Assembly (NCBI GenBank): GCA_964396445.1
Contig: CAYNFI010000003.1
Span: 2,231-66,230, forward strand
DNA length: 64,000 nt
From: an uncultured Candidatus Bathyarchaeia archaeon
Lineage (GTDB): Archaea > Thermoproteota > CALKCG01 > B24 > JAWCPE01
Direction of reading: 5' to 3'
A program made the position numbers and the translations under genes. The notes beneath the pieces were generated by a model. The model did not search any database. It saw only the letters and a list, made by a program, of their open reading frames with translations, and was not told the DNA's origin. Numbering within the stretch: position 1 is the first letter of the stretch; every line of letters begins with the position of its first letter. This document shows, in pieces, positions 1 through 9,120 of the stretch.

Positions 1-100
1 ATTGTAATATAGGCACCTAATGTCTTGATAGAGGTAGAAAATCATAAGTATATGTGGTTGTTATACTACAGTTACAGAAAGATGGTTAAGAGGGCTTACC

Positions 101-1537
101 GTGCTGTCTTTAGATAAAGACGCTGAGACACTGTGCGATTTTGGGCTCACCTCTAATCAGGCAAAGGTCTACTTAGCCGTAGTTCAACTAGGCGCTGCCT
201 CTATCAGCCAAGTTTCAAAGGTATCAAAAGTACGTCGAGAAGAGGTGTACAGAATGTTGCCCACGCTGGGAAAAATGGGTTTAACTGAAAAAATCCTAGG
301 TAAACCGATTAAAGTAAGAGCTACACCAGTGGAAGAGGCGCTTTCCATCCTGATCAGCCGCGAACAAGAGGCCGCTGACAAGAAAGTTACTGCATTAAAG
401 GCTAAGACGGAGGCATTATTAGAACAACTTAAAGCCTATAAAAAAGTGAAGCCCACATTCGAAGATGAGACTCATTTCATACTCCTATCACAGCGGGATT
501 TGATAATCAACAAGGTACTGACTATGACTGAAAACGCTCAAAAGGAGATCGACCTCATCATTTCCAGAGATGAGTTCACTCATATTCTACTTGATTACGT
601 TGAGCCGCTTAAGAAAGTTATGGAGAAGGGTGTAAAGGTTCGGATAGTTTTAGAAGTTCCCGAGTATGAGGACTCAGTTCTGAAAATCATAAAGAAATAC
701 GGTCTAGATGGATCTAAGGCATCTAGGAGATGCCTTCACATAAAGTATGTGGATGAGCTGCCAAGTCATTACATAACCGTTGATGACAGGGAGGCTTTGA
801 TTTCAACATCAAAAGATCCACGTTTTACAGGAAGTCCCGCTCTGTGGACGGATGATGTAAACCTTGTCGGACTGCTCCAGAGAAACTTCGAGGAGGTATG
901 GCATAGTTCCGTAAACGCAAGCGCTGTTCAAACAAAAGCCGTTTCTGAGAAGGTAACGCGTTTTGTCGGTGAACTTCGTCCAAGAGACCACGTAATATTC
1001 GTGTATGAAACCCCAGAAGCTAAGCACAACGTTCTTTTCAACTATCTTAAAGCTGGAATAGAAAGGGATGAGGCTGCAGCGTATGTAGCCGCAGAGGAGA
1101 GTCCAAGCGATATAAGAGAGGCTATGAAGGGATTCGGCATTGATGTTGAAAACGGTGAGAGAACAGGTGCCTTACGTATTCTTGCATACAGCGATGTTTA
1201 CATAATAAACAAAAGGTTTGACATACCCACAACTGTAGGCTTGTGGAACAAGCTGTACAATGAGGCTTTGAAAAAGGGGTTTAAGGGACTGAGAGTAACC
1301 GGAGAAATGGCGTGCTTCTTCCAACACGGTTTAACCATGGAGTTAATGGAGTACGAGAGGGAATTACATCGAATACTCGACATCCCAATCACGGCTATCT
1401 GCGCCTACAACGCCCGACAGTTAACTAAAGTCAATAATCCGATAAGTCTATACACAGAATTGGTGAGGGCTCACGGTATAGTTCTCTTCGCAGGTGTAGA
1501 CAACAAGCTGGGGAAAATCGAGATTAGAAAAGCCTAG
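101..1537 (+). CDS. TrmB-family winged-helix transcriptional regulator fused to a C-terminal MEDS-like sensory domain
   Basis: The N-terminus LTSNQAKVYLAVVQLGAASISQVSKVSKVRREEVYRMLPTLGKMGL is a typical TrmB-type HTH. The middle part resembles the TrmB effector domain. The C-terminal ~180 aa (HVIFVYETPEAKHNVLFNYLKAGIE...LRVTGEMACFF) resembles MEDS/DcmR-type domains. GTG start. Confidence 0.7.
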   Translation: MLSLDKDAETLCDFGLTSNQAKVYLAVVQLGAASISQVSKVSKVRREEVYRMLPTLGKMGLTEKILGKPIKVRATPVEEALSILISREQEAADKKVTALKAKTEALLEQLKAYKKVKPTFEDETHFILLSQRDLIINKVLTMTENAQKEIDLIISRDEFTHILLDYVEPLKKVMEKGVKVRIVLEVPEYEDSVLKIIKKYGLDGSKASRRCLHIKYVDELPSHYITVDDREALISTSKDPRFTGSPALWTDDVNLVGLLQRNFEEVWHSSVNASAVQTKAVSEKVTRFVGELRPRDHVIFVYETPEAKHNVLFNYLKAGIERDEAAAYVAAEESPSDIREAMKGFGIDVENGERTGALRILAYSDVYIINKRFDIPTTVGLWNKLYNEALKKGFKGLRVTGEMACFFQHGLTMELMEYERELHRILDIPITAICAYNARQLTKVNNPISLYTELVRAHGIVLFAGVDNKLGKIEIRKA

Positions 1538-1785
1538 ACTTCTCCCAAAATATCCAAAGGAACGCGAAAGAGAACTGACTGGATGAACCATACGCGTAAA
1601 GCCGTGGTTTAACTTTTAAAAAAGATGGTTGCCTGCGGATATAAGAGATACATCAAAGCATAGACAAACTGGTGTGAGGAGCTATCTCGTTTATGTTCGT
1701 CTCCCACTAAAGAGAACATCCTCTAGGCGTTGGTAAAAAGACGGGAATATTCAGCCTATGTGTTTAACCAAGCTAAGCTATTTGG

Positions 1786-3504
1786 TCATCCTCCTCGGTA
1801 GGGGGAGTACTTAAACATCGTGTAGCCGCCTAGTTTCAGAACCTTCATCGTCCGCGGCTCCTCTTCACGCTTCCCCTCAATTATCCAAGCCTTCAACTCC
1901 CCTATGTGGCCTAGACGCCTCACAGTCGCCCATATGGAAGTAGTGTCGTGACGCGCATTCGTATCCCAGAAGAAGAGCCCATCGGCTCCAGCGTCATAGT
2001 AGCTAAGAGCTTTCTTCTTAAACTCTTCTGGAGGCATACGCCGCGGCATCACATTCGGGTAAAGATTACACCTAGAACCTCCAGTTACGTTTCTGTAGTA
2101 GTTCATATCAATCTCTTCGAATGAGTGGTCGGCGTGGCAGGGATACGGGATCAGGTTATCGATTAAGCGCTCTTTCACCCACACATCAATATCCAGTCCA
2201 TAGAACAGGTTTTCACCGCCTGTAGCCAAGGTTATAGCCGATGTTTCAAGCCTTCTTCCAAGTCCTTCGCCGACCTCATCCATAGCCAGCCGTAGTTCCC
2301 GCATAAACTGCGTGATGAAGCCAGCCCGATAACGTAACCACCGATCATCCCTCTCATCAACCGCTCTCGGGTCCAGCCCATAACTTTCTTTGAAACCATC
2401 AACTAAGGGTTTCTCGTAAAGAATAATCGGGGGAGCCCTAACGTAGATAACAACCGCTCCGTCAGCCCCACATGCAGCAGCTTCCTTCAAAACCGATATA
2501 TAATAACGCCTAACCTCAGGATAGGCATAGCTTAAACCCGCGACCTCGGTCCCATCCCTATCTACAAGCCGCAGCTCAGGATGCGCCGCGTAAAAGCGCG
2601 TAGAGAAGAAAGTTTCCCATGGAGGAGCATAGCAGAATTGTTCAACGCGTTGGCTTACGTGGAACTCAAGGTCCATGCTATGTGCGTGCTCCATAGCCGT
2701 CTTGAGGGGGTTGATGCCCTTAGCCTTTAGGATTTGGATGCTCTCGTAGGCGTAGCGGTCGCCTATCCGTGAAAAATCCTCAATCCCTTCACCAATTATA
2801 GTACCACATGCACTGCCGTATAGCGTGGTTTCACCGTAGCCGACCTCCCAGAAGATCTTCTTGAAATCCGTGTTCCTGTAGGGTTCAACCATTTCCAGGA
2901 TCCCCTCCTTCGTGGTTGAACGCTTTTGGTAGAAGTCGCTGAAGGCATCGTTCGCCGCGATCAGCCTCTTAGCATCTCCATCAGCCCAATCCTTCTTGAC
3001 CTTTATCACCTCATCCTCGTTAAGCGGAACCAGCCTGATGTAGGCTAGGGAGGCGCTGGTTGGGAAACCCGACTTCTGCTGCCCTATTACGATGTCTCGC
3101 CCTGTCAAGTCAATGTATTTCCAGAAACCCTCCTCCAAAGTGTATAGGCTAGGTTTCTCCCGGGTGAACACGGTGAAGCATGGATCATCCTTGAGACGGA
3201 CCTTGACCATATGCGCTTCCCCTTCAGCCAAGCGTGCACCCCAAATACCAACGTAGACCGCGTACCAGCCTCGAAGGTTCGGAGAGTAAGTGACATCAGG
3301 GGCGTCTGTCTCCGGACCGGCGGAGAGCATCACCCCATTTACCCCCTCAGCTTCATAGTCGATGAGCTGCCAACGGTACTTCCTCCGATCGGTTGAGAAA
3401 GCAGTTTTCGGAAGACATAGGCTCATATCACTTAACCATACAGGAGAACCCATCTTAACCCCAGCATCGACATTTGACGGGTAAAGCATAAATACCTTAC
3501 TCAA
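1786..3504 (-). CDS. Hypothetical 572-aa protein, possibly a glycoside-hydrolase-like TIM-barrel enzyme with an N-terminal beta-rich domain
   Basis: Long uninterrupted ORF with protein-like composition. The C-terminal two thirds alternate beta/alpha-like segments ending in ...GADGLFFWDTNARH, reminiscent of GHL10/DUF187-type hydrolase-like barrels. The functional call is weak. TTG start at 3504 or ATG at 3489. Confidence 0.45.
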   Translation of the reverse strand: MSKVFMLYPSNVDAGVKMGSPVWLSDMSLCLPKTAFSTDRRKYRWQLIDYEAEGVNGVMLSAGPETDAPDVTYSPNLRGWYAVYVGIWGARLAEGEAHMVKVRLKDDPCFTVFTREKPSLYTLEEGFWKYIDLTGRDIVIGQQKSGFPTSASLAYIRLVPLNEDEVIKVKKDWADGDAKRLIAANDAFSDFYQKRSTTKEGILEMVEPYRNTDFKKIFWEVGYGETTLYGSACGTIIGEGIEDFSRIGDRYAYESIQILKAKGINPLKTAMEHAHSMDLEFHVSQRVEQFCYAPPWETFFSTRFYAAHPELRLVDRDGTEVAGLSYAYPEVRRYYISVLKEAAACGADGAVVIYVRAPPIILYEKPLVDGFKESYGLDPRAVDERDDRWLRYRAGFITQFMRELRLAMDEVGEGLGRRLETSAITLATGGENLFYGLDIDVWVKERLIDNLIPYPCHADHSFEEIDMNYYRNVTGGSRCNLYPNVMPRRMPPEEFKKKALSYYDAGADGLFFWDTNARHDTTSIWATVRRLGHIGELKAWIIEGKREEEPRTMKVLKLGGYTMFKYSPYRGG

Positions 3505-3758
3505 AGGGGGAACCCAAGGTTGTCACTTGTAGAATGAGGGACGAAATCGTCACGTTTTAAAGACCTAGTTTTTCCGTTAGGTTAATTCAAAATAGAGTGT
3601 AGTTTAGCGTTAAACCCACACCCAGCCAGCTTTAAACGAGTTCTAACCGGCTTCGGCGGTGCCATCGATGCCTCCGAGTCTAATCCTAGACCTTCCAGCC
3701 GTAAAACTTAACAGGGTTTACCCATCGATCATCATTGTAGAGATAAGGTGGTGTCAGT

Positions 3759-4838
3759 ATGGATTCAAGGGAGAGGGTTATACGCGCGCTTAACTTTGAG
3801 GAAACCGATGTGGTACCTGTTCAGGATTTTCCATGGCCTGAAACCGTTGACCGTTGGAAGAGGGAGGGCTTTCCCGCTGAAGGCGTGGAGGTATCCGACT
3901 ACTTCGGCTTCGACATGTACTTCATCTCCTTCGACCTAAGCCCGAGGTACGAATCCTTCACCTACGAGGAGACAGAACGCTGGCGTATATCCACGGACGG
4001 CTGGGGAAGCATGAACAAGCGTTGGAAGGGGCGGAGCGGTACTCCACACTTCCTTGTACCCGCTGTGCGAAAACTCGAAGAGTTTAAGGAGAGGATTGAG
4101 CCCTTCCTCGACGTCAACGACCCGCTGAGGCTTATCAGCCCCAGGTACCCCTTCAGAGGAGATTTGGAGAAGGGAGTGAGGAACCTTCAGAAAAGGTACT
4201 TCGTCGTCGCAGGTATGGGTGAACCCTTCGAGATCGTGAGGGCTTTAATCGGCACCTACAACCTATGCGCCAGCTTCATAAGGGCTCCGACATTCCTAGC
4301 CTACATGTTTGATAAACTCGCCGACTTCATGGCTGAATGCGGGAAAAGCCTTATCGACGTAGGAGTTGACGGTGTACGCCCAGCAGGCGACCTAGCCTAT
4401 AGCAACGGACCATTCTTCAGCCCCAGCCATTACCGCAGGTTTCTAGCTGAACCTCACAAAAGGATGTTCCAGCCCTTCCGTAACCGTGGACTGCCAGTTA
4501 TCCTCCACACCGACGGTGATGTACGACCGATCATACAAGACATCATTGAAGCTGGTGTGACGGCTCTACATCCTTTAGAAGCTAAAGCCGGGATGGATGT
4601 GAGGGATCTTAAGAAGAGATACGGTGGTAAGTTGGCGTTTCACGGTAACATGGATGTAAGAGCTCTATCAGGCACCTTTGAAGACGTGAAGACAGAGGTC
4701 TCATCTAAGCTTCCAACCGCATGCAGGGGAGGAGGCTACATCCTAGGCTCAGACCACTCTGTACCCCCATCAGTATCTCTTCAGAACTATGAATATATGC
4801 TGAAACTGGCTCGAAAGTACGGTAGCTGTGGGAAGTAA
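3759..4838 (+). CDS. Uroporphyrinogen decarboxylase (URO-D) family protein (MtaA/CmuA-like fold), paralogue 1
   Basis: The N-terminus MDSRERVIRALNFEETDVVPV is the characteristic start of URO-D-family proteins. The length (359 aa) and the ...VILHTDGDVRPIIQDIIEAGVTALHPLE segment fit the family. ATG preceded by GGTGGTG. Confidence 0.8.
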   Translation: MDSRERVIRALNFEETDVVPVQDFPWPETVDRWKREGFPAEGVEVSDYFGFDMYFISFDLSPRYESFTYEETERWRISTDGWGSMNKRWKGRSGTPHFLVPAVRKLEEFKERIEPFLDVNDPLRLISPRYPFRGDLEKGVRNLQKRYFVVAGMGEPFEIVRALIGTYNLCASFIRAPTFLAYMFDKLADFMAECGKSLIDVGVDGVRPAGDLAYSNGPFFSPSHYRRFLAEPHKRMFQPFRNRGLPVILHTDGDVRPIIQDIIEAGVTALHPLEAKAGMDVRDLKKRYGGKLAFHGNMDVRALSGTFEDVKTEVSSKLPTACRGGGYILGSDHSVPPSVSLQNYEYMLKLARKYGSCGK

Positions 4839-4985
4839 CAGGCTTTAATGTAGCAACATTAACAGAGGCTATGCTTCTCCCTCTTTAAGAGAAACCATTA
4901 CAAAAGGTATTACCCTTAAGCATATCACCGGAGGCTTTATAAATAAATCTGAACACCTGAAATCCTACGGTCTTCGCTGAGGACT

Positions 4986-6023
4986 CTAGAGTTGAGCGAC
5001 CTTTTCCGCTACGGCTTCACCCATCTCACTCGTCTTCGCCGAGCCTCCGAGGTCGTAGGTTCTCACCCTTCCCTCCCTTAAAACCTCCAAGACGGCTTTC
5101 TCCACTTTGAAGGCGGCTTCATCAAGCCCTAGGTGCTCAAGCATCATCTTTTCAGCTAAGATCGTTGCCACAGGGTTAACTTTGTTCTGACCCGTGTATT
5201 TAGGCGCTGAACCGTGGACTGGCTCGAACATACCGTATGTATCACCGATGTTTGCACCCGCGGCGAAGCCTAAGCCTCCTACAACCTGCGCCGCCTCATC
5301 GGATAGAATGTCACCGAACATGTTCGTCGTCACGATGACGTCGAAGGCTTCAGGCCGCTTAATAAGCTGCATAGCCATAGCGTCGACGTGTAGGTCGTCT
5401 ACTATCACCTTTTGAAACTCCTTGGCCACGTTGAGAACGGCTCCCTTGAAAATCCCATCCGTGATTTTTAGAACATTCCCTTTATGCACGTAGGTCACAT
5501 GCCTCCTCCGCTTCAACGCCATGTTGAACGCAAACCTCGCTATTTTCTCCGAAGCCGCGCTGGTGATCAGCCTCATGGCTACACCTATACCTGGAGCGAC
5601 CTCATACTCAGTTCCCGCGTACAAACCTTCAGTGTTCTCCCTGAGGATGACGAGGTCGACATCCGGGTTTAATGATGGCACGTTGGGTAGAGACCTGCAA
5701 GGCCTCACGTTTGCGTACAGGTTGAAAAGTTTCCTAACTGTAACCGCCACGCTGACAGGGGAGCCCGGCTCCTCAGGTGTGGTCATCGGACCCTTAAGAC
5801 AGGCATCCGTTTCCTTCAACATCTCCAGGGTCTGCTTCGGCAGGTTTGTCCCATACTTGGGGATACAGTTGTAGCCAGCTTCACCCCTTATGAGCTTAAG
5901 CTCTAAGCCCTCGGTTACGTCTTGAACGGTTACTAAAACCCTTAAAGCTGCTTCCACAACCTCAGGACCTATACCGTCACCCGGTAAAACCGCGATTTTG
6001 TAAACCCTCGGCATGAAACCCAC
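4986..6023 (-). CDS. Isopropylmalate / homoisocitrate / isocitrate dehydrogenase family (beta-decarboxylating dehydrogenase)
   Basis: KIAVLPGDGIGPEVV near the N-terminus, plus NLYANVRP, ILRENTEGLY and NMFGDILSD motifs typical of LeuB/Icd-family enzymes. The likely true start is the ATG at 6014. Confidence 0.9.
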   Translation of the reverse strand: MGFMPRVYKIAVLPGDGIGPEVVEAALRVLVTVQDVTEGLELKLIRGEAGYNCIPKYGTNLPKQTLEMLKETDACLKGPMTTPEEPGSPVSVAVTVRKLFNLYANVRPCRSLPNVPSLNPDVDLVILRENTEGLYAGTEYEVAPGIGVAMRLITSAASEKIARFAFNMALKRRRHVTYVHKGNVLKITDGIFKGAVLNVAKEFQKVIVDDLHVDAMAMQLIKRPEAFDVIVTTNMFGDILSDEAAQVVGGLGFAAGANIGDTYGMFEPVHGSAPKYTGQNKVNPVATILAEKMMLEHLGLDEAAFKVEKAVLEVLREGRVRTYDLGGSAKTSEMGEAVAEKVAQL

Positions 6024-6160
6024 GACCTTCCACTATCGAGGCGCGGTCTAAAAAGCTTTAACGGAGACGATAACTTCGAGCCTTTAACCGAAAAAGCCTG
6101 ATCACGGAGTTTCCTTGATTAAGGGATACCGAGAAAAAGGGTGGATGGGCTTCTAAGCTC

Positions 6161-6697
6161 CTAAGCCCATTTAACGGTACAGCCTACAGGTGTTGTCTCC
6201 GCTACGGGCACGGCTTTCCCAGTGAGTAGGGCTTCAACTGCGTCGCGGAGGTAGTGGACGCGAACCCCTTTAGGGTCTTCGATGTTGTCATCGATACGGC
6301 CATGGTATCGAAGCACCCGTTTCCCGTCGAGGAGGAAGACTTCAGGGGTTCTCTCAGCCCCGTAGGTCCTCGCCACACCTTGATCCTCATCCCTTAAGTA
6401 GGGAAAGTTGAAGCCTTTCTCCCTAGCCCTGACAACCATGTTATCATAACTATCCTCCGGGTACAGTCTTGAATCGTTTGGGTTGATCGCTATAAGTGAG
6501 AACCCCCGCTTCGCGTATTCCCTTTGCATCCCTATCATCCTGCTTTCATAAGCCTTCACTGTTGGGCAGTGGTTGCAGCTGATGATGATGGCAACGACTT
6601 TCTTGTCCTTGAAATCCTGAAGGCTGTAACGTTTTCCATCGACGCCTAGGAGGTTCTTGAAACCCGGCGCCGGCTCACCAACCATTAGCCTAGACAT
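6161..6697 (-). CDS. Thioredoxin-fold thiol-disulfide oxidoreductase (redoxin / AhpC-TSA family)
   Basis: VVAIIISCNHCPTVKAYE carries a CxxC (CNHC) motif in thioredoxin-fold context. Size of 178 aa fits the family. Confidence 0.75.
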   Translation of the reverse strand: MSRLMVGEPAPGFKNLLGVDGKRYSLQDFKDKKVVAIIISCNHCPTVKAYESRMIGMQREYAKRGFSLIAINPNDSRLYPEDSYDNMVVRAREKGFNFPYLRDEDQGVARTYGAERTPEVFLLDGKRVLRYHGRIDDNIEDPKGVRVHYLRDAVEALLTGKAVPVAETTPVGCTVKWA

Positions 6698-6871
6698 TAT
6701 TAATTCCTCATGTTTCTTAGAGGCTGAGGCATTATTTATCTGTTAAGTTTAGTTGACTACGTTGGCTTACAGGGTTTTAGGTAAAGGCTTTATACTTGGA
6801 TCGTGGGGGTTATAGCACCGATGGGTGAAGGGCTTCAAGCATAAGACCTGTAGGAGGCTGACGACACCATC

Positions 6872-7228
6872 ATGAACTGCGAAAACGAGAAACTCCGCCA
6901 AGCCTTACAGTCCGTTACGAAGATGGTGAACGCCTATGTTGAGAAAAGCCGTTACCTCCTCAACCCCGAGGGAGACGTAGTGAGTCATGCCTTACGGCTC
7001 TTAGCGGAGAACAAGGTCAAGTATGGACTTGCTTACTGCCCTTGTAAGCCTATCACAGGGGTTAAGGAGAAAGATTGGCTGAACATATGTCCGTGTAGAG
7101 CACATAAGGAGGAGATCTCGGCTCAAGGAAGCTGCGGATGCGGTCTCTTCGTCAGCCAAGCCTACATAAAGACCTTGGAAGCTCGTAAAAAAGAGGCTGC
7201 GCAGCTTATCACTGAGGCAAATAATTAA
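6872..7228 (+). CDS. Ferredoxin:thioredoxin reductase catalytic-subunit-like protein (divergent)
   Basis: Six-Cys pattern CPC-x14-CPC-x12-CGC (YCPCKPITGVKEKDWLNICPCRAHKEEISAQGSCGCGLF). This resembles the CPC...CPC...CHC signature of the FTR catalytic chain. Confidence 0.65.
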   Translation: MNCENEKLRQALQSVTKMVNAYVEKSRYLLNPEGDVVSHALRLLAENKVKYGLAYCPCKPITGVKEKDWLNICPCRAHKEEISAQGSCGCGLFVSQAYIKTLEARKKEAAQLITEANN

Positions 7229-7281
7229 TAGCCTCCGAGGTTTAAACACTAAGTCAACCTATGGGTTAAAGGGATGTCAAG

Positions 7282-9021
7282 ATGAGGGGGAACCTTGTTT
7301 TTCCAATGCTTCTACTCTGCATCCTCCTCACCACCTCATTTCTACCAGTATCTCCCGTTACCTCACAGAACCTCTCAGGTCAGAGCCTATCCGTTGATGT
7401 CAGCCACACAGTTAAGGTCTACGATGGAGGCTGCGTCCTCGTTAATGAAACAGCTACCCTTATGAACCTCGGAGGGGACGCCTTGGAATCCTTCAAGGTC
7501 GGCTTCCCACAGAACTTCTCTGCGAAACTTTTCTACGCGGTTGCCTACGGAGCCTCAGGGGAAGACGAGCTTCAGATCGAGCGTGAAGCACTTGGAAAAG
7601 CAGGGATCGACGGTTTTAATATCCGGCTTTCAAAGCCTCTGCTACCCGGTGAAACGACTGTTATTCATTTATACCTAGTCTTCTCAAACATGTTATACTA
7701 TAACTCCACATATCAACAGTATGAGTTAAGCATGTTCCTTTACCCCATTTTCCCCTTCAACGTGTCTAGGGTCTCAGCTACGATTGTGGTTACAAAGCAG
7801 GGCACATTTGGGTTAGTTAGTTACCCAGAAGACTTTAATGTCACATATGGGAGTTATGAGACTTCTCTCAACCTTACGAAGGCTCCATTAGAAGCCTTCA
7901 CTGAACGCGTTGAAACCATAGCGTTCTCAGGGGATTTCCAAGCCGTTGCATTTGAGTATGCAAAACGGGTTGTAACAGTCTCCCCGGAAGGAAAGATCAT
8001 GGTTTCAGACACGTATCAAATACGTAACACGGTTTCCTTGACGCTGTCAACCGTAAAGCTTATGCTTGAAAAGGGAGCCCGTGACGTGGTTGTTGAAGAC
8101 TTCCTGGGGAAGCTTACGCAAACAGCCAGTATAGGGAATGAGACCCAGAATACGAATATCACCGTGACGCTCAGGAATGATTTAGAAAAGGGTATGCTGG
8201 CAACCTTCACCATCACATACACGCTTCCAACAAAGCCCTTCCTTAACTACACCCTCTTCAACCCCGATTACCAGCTTACGCTCAGGTTATTCATGGCGTT
8301 GAAGACCGCTGTCAAGAGGGTAACCGTGGAGGTTGTGCTTCCAGAAGGCGCCACCTTCATCGAAGCCACCCCCGTAAAGCTTTCATGGAACAGGACCGGG
8401 GAGCTTCAGCAAACTCTTTCATGGACTGGGGATAACATAACCCTTCTTCACGAATATGTCTTCACGATTAGGTACCGGTACATTCTCTTATGGGCAACCT
8501 TCAGACCTGCACTATACATATTCATAGCCGTCGCCATAGTTGCAACCATATACTTCGTTTCCAAGCGGGGGAAACCCGCTAAACCACTCCCATCAATCCC
8601 TACACCGTTGATGAAGCAGTTCATCGAAGCCTACGATGAGAAGGTGGCGTTAAGACTTGAGCTTGAAAGGCTTACGGATGAGTATCGAAGAGGCAGGGTT
8701 TCAAGAACGGATTTCAGGAGACGCAGTGAAGTCACAAACAGGCGGAGGAGGGACTTAGAGAGAACTATCAGTGAAGCCGGGCCTCAGCTGAGGAAGCTTG
8801 GGACAAGGTACGTTGACATGTTGAACCGCCTCGACGAGGCTGAGGCTGAAATTGAGGCTGTTGAGGCGAGCATCAGTGAGCTTATGGAGAGATACAGGGC
8901 CCGGAGGGTTTCAAGGGAGGTTTACGATAAGCTACTTAGTGACTACCGGAAACGCCTCGATAGAGCTAAGACCACGTTGGATAGAATCATCATCACGCTA
9001 CGCTCGGAAACCCGGGCATAG
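7282..9021 (+). CDS. Signal-peptide, single-pass membrane protein resembling ribophorin I (OST1), with a cytoplasmic Arg-rich coiled-coil tail
   Basis: N-terminal hydrophobic signal (MRGNLVFPMLLLCILLTTSFLP), a ~400-aa extracytoplasmic domain with 12 N-x-S/T sequons, and one TM (LYIFIAVAIVATIYFV). The segments TFTITYTLPTKPFL and TVEVVLPEGATFIEA resemble human RPN1 THYIVGYNLPSYEYL and TVKIILPEGAKNIEI, which I recalled from memory. Confidence 0.5.
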   Translation: MRGNLVFPMLLLCILLTTSFLPVSPVTSQNLSGQSLSVDVSHTVKVYDGGCVLVNETATLMNLGGDALESFKVGFPQNFSAKLFYAVAYGASGEDELQIEREALGKAGIDGFNIRLSKPLLPGETTVIHLYLVFSNMLYYNSTYQQYELSMFLYPIFPFNVSRVSATIVVTKQGTFGLVSYPEDFNVTYGSYETSLNLTKAPLEAFTERVETIAFSGDFQAVAFEYAKRVVTVSPEGKIMVSDTYQIRNTVSLTLSTVKLMLEKGARDVVVEDFLGKLTQTASIGNETQNTNITVTLRNDLEKGMLATFTITYTLPTKPFLNYTLFNPDYQLTLRLFMALKTAVKRVTVEVVLPEGATFIEATPVKLSWNRTGELQQTLSWTGDNITLLHEYVFTIRYRYILLWATFRPALYIFIAVAIVATIYFVSKRGKPAKPLPSIPTPLMKQFIEAYDEKVALRLELERLTDEYRRGRVSRTDFRRRSEVTNRRRRDLERTISEAGPQLRKLGTRYVDMLNRLDEAEAEIEAVEASISELMERYRARRVSREVYDKLLSDYRKRLDRAKTTLDRIIITLRSETRA

Positions 9022-9120
9022 CGGTATTTATTCGTCTCCTGAAAATTCTATATGGGAAGTAAGTGGGTTAAACCAGCTGGATTTATAAACGTCATAGGCA
9101 TGTGAGTTTAGGAATCAGCT

